NCBI GenBank assembly: GCA_965217185.1
Contig: OZ244252.1
Span: forward strand, 352,001 to 416,000
Source: an uncultured Candidatus Entotheonella sp.
GTDB lineage: Bacteria > Tectomicrobia > Entotheonellia > Entotheonellales > Entotheonellaceae
Length of the DNA: 64,000 bases
Direction: 5' to 3'
Below are positions 29,551 through 37,665 of this stretch, in pieces. Made by a program: the position numbers and the translations under genes. Every line of letters starts with the position of its first letter. Position 1 is the stretch's first letter. The notes beneath the pieces are model-generated. The model was not told the DNA's origin. It saw nothing but the letters and a program-made list of their open reading frames with translations, and made no database searches.

Positions 29551-30275
29551 CTGGTTTGGCGGCAGTCGCAGCTTCCTGGTCCAGATTTCCGCCGAGTTCA
29601 AAATGTTGCCAATCTTCGCTTAAGCTTGGAAGACCTGCTGCCTTTTCGAGTGCTGTAAGCGCGGTGTCAAACTGTTTTACATCTTTGCCTTTGAACGTAT
29701 CCAGAAGCTTTCCGCCTATCTCTGCTCCCAAGTAGAGGTAATGACTTTGCAACCAGTTGGTTGCGCTAAGTCGTTTTGTTCGAAGTTGTTGATCGCCGGA
29801 AGGCGGTGTGTTCCCTTTTTGCAAGTTATAGATGCGCGTCCCAATCTCAATAGTCCACCGGTAAGCTTCTTGATAAGCCTCAAGTCGCTTGTCTAAAGCG
29901 GCCAGTTGAAGCCGGTTCCTCTGTGCAATGTTTTCCAGTTGTTCCGCTCTTTCTGATCGGTATTCCTCAATTTTGCGCGCGGTTGAACGATTGCCTGTCA
30001 CAGTGACAATCACATTGGGTGTAAGTCCGAAATTGAGCGATTCTGAGGGGGTTTGGTACGGCTTGGGGACATGATTGATGCGCGAGGTGACAAAGTGTCA
30101 CGTAGGACGGTGGGTGATGGGCAGCACTCCTCTGGGGTATTGTTGGTTTATCTACAAAATTGGCGCACGGACGGGCCGCCTAACTGGTCAATTTGAGACC
30201 TACGCCCATCACATTGACAATCATGCCAATAAAACTCAGTACTGCTGCACCTGCTGCCACCCATGTGCCATCCAT
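29540..30275 (-). pseudogene. Membrane-anchored hypothetical gene interrupted by a MITE (178 aa when restored)
   Basis: ATG 30275 (MDGTWVAAGAAVLSFIGMIVNV) joins in frame to IVTVTGNRST... (track ORF 29540-30013) after removing 30017-30207 and one TSD copy. Confidence 0.85.
30017..30207. mobile_element. 191-bp non-autonomous miniature inverted-repeat element (MITE)
   Basis: Imperfect TIRs gggtgtaagtccgaaattgagc / gggcgtaggtctcaaattgacc (17/22), flanked by the 8-bp direct repeat ATCACATT (30009-30016 and 30208-30215). Confidence 0.85.
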
Positions 30276-30288
30276 AGCTTCTTCCTCT

Positions 30289-30317
30289 ACTTCCGATAAT
30301 CTCTCATTCTGTAAACT
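30289..30317 (+). other. dif-like XerC/XerD recombination site 3
   Basis: ACTTCCGATAA-tctctca-TTCTGTAAACT; resembles B. subtilis dif arms ACTTCCTAGAA (9/11) and TTATGTAAACT (10/11); 7-bp spacer. Confidence 0.7.
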
Positions 30318-30550
30318 TTGATTCCGCACCGTTACCGGCCGGATCGGCCCTCGCGACCGGTGCCCCACCGCAAAATTTCCACCCCCAATAGCGACGTAGA
30401 TCTCGGCTCGGAACGGTGGGTCGGGACTGGCTTGAAATGGCTTCCGTAAGGTCCTGAGTGGGGTAGGAGTGGGGAATTGCACGGCATCAGGCGATGAAAG
30501 CAGAGCTACCGCGGCCCAGTTTGCGGGCCTGGTTCACATCGCCTTCGACC

Positions 30551-30880
30551 TCAGTCACGGGCGGCGCTGTCGGCGATGCCCGAAAGTTCGACGGGGGGCC
30601 GGTCGGGGAACCGAGCGACTAGCGAAAGGCTTCCGCCCATCGCCTCGATCGTCTTGCGCAACGTGGAAAGCAGCAGGTCACTGCGCTGTTCAAGCCGAGA
30701 GACGCCGTCCTGGGTGATGCCGAGCTCGGTCGCGACGCGTGCCTGGGTGAGCTGGCGCGCCTTGCGCAGCTCGCGCAGGGTCATTTCCTCGGCCACGAGT
30801 TCGGCGGCCCGCTCCTCGACCCTGCGGCGTCGCTCGGGGTCCAGCCTTGCAATCTTGTCTTCCACGTTCGAAGTCATCAC
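30551..30880 (-). CDS. XRE-family HTH antitoxin (HigA-like)
   Basis: LRELRKARQLTQARVATELGITQDGVSRLEQRSDLLLSTL; overlaps the toxin stop. Confidence 0.88.
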   Translation of the reverse strand: MMTSNVEDKIARLDPERRRRVEERAAELVAEEMTLRELRKARQLTQARVATELGITQDGVSRLEQRSDLLLSTLRKTIEAMGGSLSLVARFPDRPPVELSGIADSAARD

Positions 30881-31242
30881 GGACCTCCTTCCTTCGCAAG
30901 CCGGGCGAGATGTCGGTCGAACCGCTCATCGGCCCTGCGGATCAAGCTGCGGTAAAAATGCCTGGCGCTTCCACCCGACTTGTCACCGGCAACGAGCAAA
31001 ACAGCCTTGCGCGCCGGATCAAATGCGAAAGCAAGCCGCCACTCCCCATCCGCCACGCCGAACCGCAACTCCTTCATGTTCGCGTGCCGTGAGCCGTTCA
31101 GCGTGTCCACACGGGGCCGTCCCAGTTGCGGCCCGAAGTGTTGCAGCAGACGCGACAGCGCGAGGATCTCATTCTGCACGTCCTCGTCGAGAGCGTCGAA
31201 CTCCGGCTCGAACTCGTCAGCAATCTCGACAGTCCAGTTCAT
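30877..31242 (-). CDS. Type II TA RelE/ParE-family toxin (HigB-like)
   Basis: GPQLGRPRVDTLNGSRHANMKELR, AFAFDPARKAVLLVAGDKSG. Confidence 0.9.
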   Translation of the reverse strand: MNWTVEIADEFEPEFDALDEDVQNEILALSRLLQHFGPQLGRPRVDTLNGSRHANMKELRFGVADGEWRLAFAFDPARKAVLLVAGDKSGGSARHFYRSLIRRADERFDRHLARLAKEGGP

Positions 31243-31254
31243 GTCTTAAATATG

Positions 31255-31279
31255 TCTTGACATACATATGAAGTCAAGA
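31255..31279. promoter_or_regulatory. Palindromic operator upstream of the TA operon
   Basis: TCTTGAC-n11-GTCAAGA inverted repeat overlapping a minus-strand TTGACT -35-like hexamer. Confidence 0.55.
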
Positions 31280-31536
31280 ACATGCTCGTGACCTCTCGCC
31301 CCACCCCTCACCTCTCAGGTAGGCCCGGTAACAACATAGCTGTCACAGAGTGCCAGATTGAACGCCGTTTCATTTAACGACTCTTAAACGAGGCATGCCC
31401 GAACACCCGCAAATACCCCCTGAAACAGCCCGATTTCTGCTTCATTTGGCCGTCTCACCTTTTACAATCTCGATAACTCAATTGCGTTACACATTGATAA
31501 AACAGGGAAGGGAAGGCTTGAATGGGAAGGCCGACC

Positions 31537-31596
31537 GGCTACGCCCGGGTCAGCACCGGGGAACGGAACCTGCAGCTGGATGCCCGGAAGGACGGG
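31537..31596 (+). pseudogene. Serine recombinase (resolvase) N-terminal relic
   Basis: Translates GYARVSTGERNLQLDARKDG; similarity then ends and the frame runs antisense into the next gene. Confidence 0.7.
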
Positions 31597-31601
31597 GTGG
31601 T

Positions 31602-32183
31602 TCAGTATGCTCCTTGGGTATACGGCTCGATAATATATTCGTCCTCATCGAAAGGGGTCCAGGAGCTGAACACCGGGAATGGCAGCGGGAGGACGTTGTT
31701 CGGGTCGTTGATCCTGAAGGCTATCTCGTCGCTGTCGAAGACGTTCCTGACCGAGATGGAGACATCCGATGTCGGAATGCAGCCCGAGCAATTCTCGGGG
31801 AATTGCTGCACCGACATCGCGCCGGCGGGAAACAGGACAATCTCCGCGACGTCGCCCGTCCACTCAATGTGGTAGTCGGCGGCCGTGAGCTCCCACTCGT
31901 ATACCGCATGTCCGTCCTGGGCATACTGGGCCCACATTCTGAATCCATCGTGGAAGTCAATGACCACCCCTCTGCGCGGACTCGCGTCAACCGAGGGATG
32001 GAACTGACGAAATGACCGTCTCTCAAGTTCGGTTGCCACGCGCTCGAAAGTCTCCCGGTCTACCGGGTAAGGATCATCCGAAGGGGGATCATCGCCACAA
32101 CCAGCGAGCACCATCCCGGCCGAAAACAGGATCAGTGCCAAGCCGTCAATAGCCCTGAATCTGGCTTGCGATTGAATCAGCAT
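31602..32183 (-). CDS. Hypothetical lipoprotein
   Basis: Hydrophobic signal ending VLAG-C lipobox; no recognisable domain. Confidence 0.65.
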   Translation of the reverse strand: MLIQSQARFRAIDGLALILFSAGMVLAGCGDDPPSDDPYPVDRETFERVATELERRSFRQFHPSVDASPRRGVVIDFHDGFRMWAQYAQDGHAVYEWELTAADYHIEWTGDVAEIVLFPAGAMSVQQFPENCSGCIPTSDVSISVRNVFDSDEIAFRINDPNNVLPLPFPVFSSWTPFDEDEYIIEPYTQGAY

Positions 32184-32197
32184 TGGAAGTCTTGTCC

Positions 32198-32369
32198 CTA
32201 GCTCATGATGGCTTCAAGTACCGTGTCGAAGTGCTTGTTGGCAGCATCAAAGCGGGCATTGGTCTCTGTCTGCATGCGGTCCATACGCCCGTTGACTTGG
32301 TTGAACATCATCCATCGCCATCATAACACCCACCAAGGCAGCGATGTTGCCGATTGCCTTCCAGTCCAT
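32198..32369 (-). pseudogene. Small TM plus coiled-coil gene with a +1 frameshift
   Basis: MDWKAIGNIAALVGVMMAM / MMFNQVNGRMDRMQTETNARFDAANKHFDTVLEAIMS*; span is 172 bp (one extra base); GAGGAGGG RBS. Confidence 0.5.
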
Positions 32370-32584
32370 GCACCCTCCTCTCGGTCGTGCCCGAAGCCCT
32401 ATCCTGTCTTGTTGCGCCCTGGGCTACGTCCTTCGGAATTCGAGGACCTGAGCACCCATTGGCGGATCTCTTGTGTCGGAAGCCGGGCTATCATCCTGCC
32501 GCCGCACCGCAGCTTTACAAGGCCTGGCAAGCGTGTCATGCTCAACGGCTCGCTTGGCTGCGGGTATCCGAGGAGGGCAGGGGT

Positions 32585-33910
32585 GTGTCCGTTGTCGATC
32601 AGAAGCGTTTGCCGGTGGACATTTTCAAGCTCGACGCCGTGCGCCTACAGCAGGGCTGGTACAGCGATCACTACTTCAACAACAGCACCTTTATCCTCGG
32701 TGCGTTGGCCGAGCAGGGCTACCGCTTTCAGGGCGCTTGCGCCGCGCTTGCCGCGCAAGGCGTTGACGTGTCACAGGTTGACGTTGGCAACATCGAAGTC
32801 GACATGCAGTACTTCACCCGCCGGGCGCCGTTTTCCCTCGTCGCCGGTGTGGATGAGGCGCTGGCCATGTTCAAGCTCTGCACCGGATTCCATGACGATC
32901 AAGGCCGCTTCATCAACACCGCTGACAACCTGGAAATCGACGCCGTACACGACGGCGCCAAGGTGGCGCCTTGGGAGCCCGTCATACGGGTGCGGGGCCG
33001 TTACCGCGACTTCGCCATTCTGGAAACGCCCAGCCTCGGCGCCCTGTCCAGACGCACTCGCATTGCAACCAACGTTTTCCAAGCCCTGCAGGCGTCCGGC
33101 GGCAAGTCATTGCTGTTTTTCCCCGCCCGCTTCGACATCTACGAAGCCCAGGCCGGGGATGGCTACGCCTACCGAATCGCCGTCGATGTCTGGAACCTCG
33201 ATCAGCATGACACCCTTGATGCGTACATCTCGACCGAGGCGCAAGGCGATTGGTGGGGCGGCAAAGGCAGCGGCACCATGGCCCACGCCTACCTGCTCTG
33301 CTTCCTCCGCGACACCGTGGAGGCCACGTTGCAATTCGCGTCCCTGATTCCCGCGGAGATCAAGCGCGTGGCTCTGGTTGACGTCAACAACGACTGCGTG
33401 GGCGACAGCGTCCAAACCGCGGTCGCCATGTTCCGGCGCTATCGGGAGCACGTGGAGGCCGGGCGGCTCGACGACGCCGAGCGCTACGTCCTGTTCGGTG
33501 TTCGGCCCGACACCTCGGGCGACATGATCGACGTTAGTGTGGCCCCGCTGGGAGACCCCACGCTGGACTGCGGCGTGAATCCTCGCCTGGTGCGCAACAT
33601 CCGCGAGGCTCTGGATGCCCTGGCGGACCACATCGATCTGCCTTACCGTTGGCTGGAGCGCGCCCGGCGTTATTTCCGCAACATCAAAATCGTGGCCACG
33701 GGCGGCTTTACCCCACAGCGCATTCAGCAGTTCGAGACGCTGCGGGTGCCGGTGGACATTTACGGGGTGGGCTCGTTTTTCTTTGAGGGCGAGAACAACG
33801 ACTTCACGGCCGACGTCGTGCGGGCGAAGATCGACGGCAGTTGGCATGATATGGCGAAGATGGGCCGGGGAGCGCGTCAGAGCGCTCAGTTGCAGTCCGT
33901 CGTTTATTGA
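32585..33910 (+). CDS. Nicotinate phosphoribosyltransferase family protein
   Basis: GWYSDHYF, FFPARFD, GTMAHA, ALVDVNND, GVRPDTSG, ATGGF, YGVGS, DFTADVV; GTG start at 32585 with GAGGAG RBS. Confidence 0.85.
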   Translation: MSVVDQKRLPVDIFKLDAVRLQQGWYSDHYFNNSTFILGALAEQGYRFQGACAALAAQGVDVSQVDVGNIEVDMQYFTRRAPFSLVAGVDEALAMFKLCTGFHDDQGRFINTADNLEIDAVHDGAKVAPWEPVIRVRGRYRDFAILETPSLGALSRRTRIATNVFQALQASGGKSLLFFPARFDIYEAQAGDGYAYRIAVDVWNLDQHDTLDAYISTEAQGDWWGGKGSGTMAHAYLLCFLRDTVEATLQFASLIPAEIKRVALVDVNNDCVGDSVQTAVAMFRRYREHVEAGRLDDAERYVLFGVRPDTSGDMIDVSVAPLGDPTLDCGVNPRLVRNIREALDALADHIDLPYRWLERARRYFRNIKIVATGGFTPQRIQQFETLRVPVDIYGVGSFFFEGENNDFTADVVRAKIDGSWHDMAKMGRGARQSAQLQSVVY

Positions 33911-34797
33911 GTGAGGACCGTGTGCGAGCATTAGTTGTCTACAAGAGGAGTCATTACGAACTCTATGAATCGCGGACGGGCATCCAGACTCTGCGAGAGC
34001 AGGCGCATCCGTTTGTTCGGTCCATGATGTTGAGTCATGATGCGAACCAGCGCACGCTCGCTGCCGTGCATCGGGCTTTCGACGCCGTGGGGATGACCTA
34101 CGACTGTATCTACCGCGGGGAGTTGCGCAGCGCGGAGGGCTACGACCTGTTATGCAGCGTCGGCGGCGACGGGACTTTCCTGGAGGTGGCGCGCCACAGC
34201 GTGACGACGCCGGTGTTGGGGATCAATTCCGACCCGCAGCGCAGTATCGCCTTATTTTGCGCCGCCGATCAGGATACGGTCCGGAAGCGTCTGGAAGCCG
34301 TCTTGGCGGGTGAACTGCACGAGGTGCGGCTGGCGCGTATGCAGGTGACCTTCAACGGTACCCCGCTCGACTTCTACGCCCTGAATGATCTGTTGTTCTG
34401 TCACGCCAATCCCGCCGCCATGACGTCTTATACCTTGCGGTTGGGCGCCGTGCATGAAACGCAAAAGAGTTCCGGCGTGTGGTTCGCCACTGCTGCGGGG
34501 TCCACCGCGGCCATCCGGTCGGCGGGCGGGCGCCGCCTGCCGCTGCGTTCGCGTCGCCTGCAGTATCTGGTGCGCGAGCCGTACGTTGCCGATGGCTCGC
34601 CCTATCGCTTGGTCAAGGGCGCGGTGGCGCCGGACGCGCAAGTGGAACTGATCTCCAAGACTCGCCAGGGGCGGCTCTACATCGATGGTTCGCACCGGCA
34701 CGTGCCTTGCGGCTTGGGCGACGTGTTGCAGGTGAGCACCACCGCTCCGCCCCTTCGCGTGCTCGGCCTCGACCACCAGCGGCGTGAACGATTCTGA
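33907..34797 (+). CDS. nadK: NAD(+)/NADH kinase
   Basis: VGGDGTFL, ALND, SSGVWFATAAGSTA motifs; overlaps the upstream stop. Confidence 0.88.
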   Translation: MSEDRVRALVVYKRSHYELYESRTGIQTLREQAHPFVRSMMLSHDANQRTLAAVHRAFDAVGMTYDCIYRGELRSAEGYDLLCSVGGDGTFLEVARHSVTTPVLGINSDPQRSIALFCAADQDTVRKRLEAVLAGELHEVRLARMQVTFNGTPLDFYALNDLLFCHANPAAMTSYTLRLGAVHETQKSSGVWFATAAGSTAAIRSAGGRRLPLRSRRLQYLVREPYVADGSPYRLVKGAVAPDAQVELISKTRQGRLYIDGSHRHVPCGLGDVLQVSTTAPPLRVLGLDHQRRERF

Positions 34798-34836
34798 TCG
34801 ATTCGTTCCCCCACTCGTTCAAAAAAGGATGACCCC

Positions 34837-36468
34837 TTGAGCAACGTTGCAAACGCGATGATCGATGTGTTGGCCGAGGCCGGCGTGCGGCACGTCTTTG
34901 GGGTGCCGAGCGGCCCTTGGGCGCCGTTTATGGACGCCATGCGGACCGGGCCGGTGGAGTATGTGCTGACCAGCACGGAGGCCGCCGCCGGGTTCATGGC
35001 CGACGTGTGCAGCCGCATCACCGGTCAGCCCGGCGCCTGTTATGGCACCTTCGGGCCGGGTGCCACGAACCTGTGCACGGGCGTCGGTGCTGCTTATCTG
35101 GACCGCTCGCCGGTGCTGGCGTTCACCACCGAAGCGCCGGAAAGCATGCGGCACCGGACGCTGCAGATGCACATCGATCACCAAGCCCTGTTCGCACCCT
35201 TGACCAAATGGACGACGCGTCTGTCGCCGACAACCATACGCCAGACGCTGCGGCGTGCCGTGCAAGTGGCGACGTCCGAGGTGCCCGGTCCCGTGCACAT
35301 CGGCCTGCCGGCGGATATCGGCAAACAGTCCGCGGCACCGGAAATGGGCAACGCCCCCGTTCAGCGGGGTGCGGCGATGGCGGCTCCTGATGCGGCGCAA
35401 CTGGAGCATATGGCGGATTTGTTGCGGCAGGCGAAACGCCCGCTGCTGGTGGTCGGGCTGTCCTGCCTGCGGGCGACGGGTCACGACGCCCTGGTGCGGT
35501 TCGTCGAGCGGCAGCGCTTGCCCGTCGTTTTCTCACCCATGGCCAAGGGATTTATCAGCGAGCAGCATCCCTCATACGCCGGCGTCCTGTTTCACGCCCT
35601 GAGCGACATCGTTGCCGAGACCATTCAGGATGCCGACTTGGTACTGGCCTTGGGGTACGACCCTATCGAGTTCAACTACGAGGATTGGCTGACCGACGTG
35701 CCGCTCGTCCACGTCGACACGGTTCCTGCCGACGTGGACGCATCGTGCCACCTGGCGGCCGAGGTCGTCGGCGACCTCGGGGCGGCGCTTCATGTTCTGG
35801 CGCAATTGCCGCCCCTGCCGAATGCCTGGGATCTGTCGGCGTTGGAGGACCGGCGGCGGCGCCTGTTCGACACCCTGACGGCGCCGCGCTCGTCCTTGGC
35901 ACCGTCGCAGGTTGTGTCCGCTGTTCAGGAACTGTTGCCCGAAGACGGCTGGCTGGCCTGTGACGTCGGGGCGCACACCCATTTGATCGGCCAGTTGTGG
36001 CACGCCTCAAGACCGGGCCAGTTGATCATGACCAACGGCTGGTCGTCCATGGGTTTTGGCATCCCGGCGGCCCTGGCGGCCAAGCTCTGCCAGCCGCAGC
36101 AAAAGGTGGTGTGCATTACCGGGGATGGGGGATTTCTGATGATGGTGGGTGAGATGGCCACCGCCATGCGTCTGGGGTTGGCGGTGGTGGTCGTCGTGCT
36201 GGTGGACCGGCACCTGCAGCTCATCACCGTCAAGCAGGAACGCCAAGGCTATCCCTGCTACGGCACGCCGCTCTTTCCTGCCGCCTATCCGTCGCCGTCG
36301 CATTATTTCGGCGTTCCCGTGTTGCCGGCAACCACGGTAGCCGAGGTGCACGAGGCGATTGCCCAAGGGCTTGCCGCTTCCGGGCCCGTGATCGTCGAGG
36401 CGTCGGTCGACCCGTCGGAGTACGACGAGATCATTCTGCGTCCCCACAAGCTCGCCGAACGGGCATAA
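34837..36468 (+). CDS. Thiamine pyrophosphate-binding protein (acetolactate synthase large subunit-like)
   Basis: VFGVP, TFGPGATN, SSMGFGIP, GDGGF. Confidence 0.9.
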   Translation: MSNVANAMIDVLAEAGVRHVFGVPSGPWAPFMDAMRTGPVEYVLTSTEAAAGFMADVCSRITGQPGACYGTFGPGATNLCTGVGAAYLDRSPVLAFTTEAPESMRHRTLQMHIDHQALFAPLTKWTTRLSPTTIRQTLRRAVQVATSEVPGPVHIGLPADIGKQSAAPEMGNAPVQRGAAMAAPDAAQLEHMADLLRQAKRPLLVVGLSCLRATGHDALVRFVERQRLPVVFSPMAKGFISEQHPSYAGVLFHALSDIVAETIQDADLVLALGYDPIEFNYEDWLTDVPLVHVDTVPADVDASCHLAAEVVGDLGAALHVLAQLPPLPNAWDLSALEDRRRRLFDTLTAPRSSLAPSQVVSAVQELLPEDGWLACDVGAHTHLIGQLWHASRPGQLIMTNGWSSMGFGIPAALAAKLCQPQQKVVCITGDGGFLMMVGEMATAMRLGLAVVVVVLVDRHLQLITVKQERQGYPCYGTPLFPAAYPSPSHYFGVPVLPATTVAEVHEAIAQGLAASGPVIVEASVDPSEYDEIILRPHKLAERA

Positions 36469-36507
36469 AAAAATCCGTCTGCCAGGACGCTGTGCCTAAC
36501 AGACGGA
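36468..36507 (-). terminator. Terminator downstream of the cold-shock gene
   Basis: tccgtctg...cagacgga stem preceded by an A-run on + (T-tract on -). Confidence 0.55.
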
Positions 36508-36531
36508 CCATTGAGCAGTGCCGCTAACGTA

Positions 36532-36732
36532 TTACGGCTTGTTAACGTTCGTGGCCTGCTCGCCCTTGGGGCCGTTCACAACCTCGAATTCTACCTCTTC
36601 CCCTTCCGAGAGGGTCTTAAAGCCGTCGCCTTGGATCGCTGAGAAGTGTACGAAAATGTCTTTCTCACCCTCACGAGCAATAAAGCCATAGCCCTTGCGA
36701 TCATCAAACCATTTTACCGAACCTTTCGCCAT
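36532..36732 (-). CDS. Cold-shock protein
   Basis: [24 protein letters not shown]. Confidence 0.95.
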   Translation of the reverse strand: MAKGSVKWFDDRKGYGFIAREGEKDIFVHFSAIQGDGFKTLSEGEEVEFEVVNGPKGEQATNVNKP

Positions 36733-36891
36733 GCGACGTTCTCCGTACCTTTTGCATAAAACAGAACTACTTTAGAGAACCGAGCAACAACGCTACGATT
36801 CCCACCAGCAGCACAGAAGGGGTAAGGGGAAGACTACAATGCAACCGGGCATGCCCAAGAGCAACGAGTCCTATAATACCGCTAACCCTCC

Positions 36892-37446
36892 CTACATTGA
36901 GGGCGGCACTATAACAACGGCCCGGAGGGCTGTCAAGAAGTGGTTGGGCAAGGAATTTTGCGGTTCCAAGCGCGTCGATTCACGCGAAAGTTGTTGCAGC
37001 GGATAACGGCGTTCCTGCCACGCCGGCATGCCGCCCTCGAGCACCGCCATGTTGCGATAACCCTGCCGATACAGGAACTGATAGGCCAAACTGGCCAGGT
37101 GATGCGGGCAGGTTCAATACAGCACCACGGGGATGTCGTTGGGGATTTCCTCCAGGCTGTAGGGCAGAATGCCCAAGGGGATGGAAACGGCGCCGGGCAG
37201 GTGGCCGCGCGCGTAGTTGCCGTAGCCGCGTACGTCGATGAGCTTCAGGGGCACATCGGTATCGATGCGGGCTTTCAATTCATCAACGCTGGTGAATTTG
37301 ATGGCAATGTCCTGAGCAACCTTCTGCTGTGCAAACTGCGGGTAGTCGCGGGGGTCCGCCGAGACGGTCGCCGCGCAGGCGAGTCCGAGCACGAGGAGGC
37401 CGCCGGCAAAGCCAGCGACGCGGCGACGCGAGGTTTTGTCTGTCAT
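36892..37446 (-). CDS. Rhodanese-like protein with in-frame TGA at the catalytic position (probable selenoprotein, about 184 aa)
   Basis: IDVR...GHLPGAVSIP...VVLY-TGA(37114-37116)-TCPHHLASLAYQFLYRQGYRNMAVLEGGMPAW, one continuous frame; hairpin at 37084-37096. Confidence 0.8.
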
Positions 37447-37665
37447 GTGCTTATCCTTATGGAAACACGATGCTGCTTGACGTAACGAAACGTTGAACTG
37501 GGCAATGCGGGGATTCTAACCAACCGTCGTGGGGCTGGAAAGGGATATCTTTGGCGGCGGAGACGAAGCTTGTCAGGCGCGTAATGTCTATGGTATTAAC
37601 GTCGCTTCACCACAGCTTAAGAGCCTACGAGAATTTCACGTTCGCATACGGAAGGGGAGACGGCG

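Noticed and set aside
26427..30317. One of the dif-like sites being the true chromosomal terminus dif
   Set aside because: Two sites have 7-bp spacers and the third has a degenerate XerD arm. GGGNAGGG (KOPS-like) octamers spotted by eye are on the + strand on both sides (e.g. 14973, 20629, 22507, 31505, 42398), so no polarity switch is evident. Not a rigorous test; GC skew was not computed.
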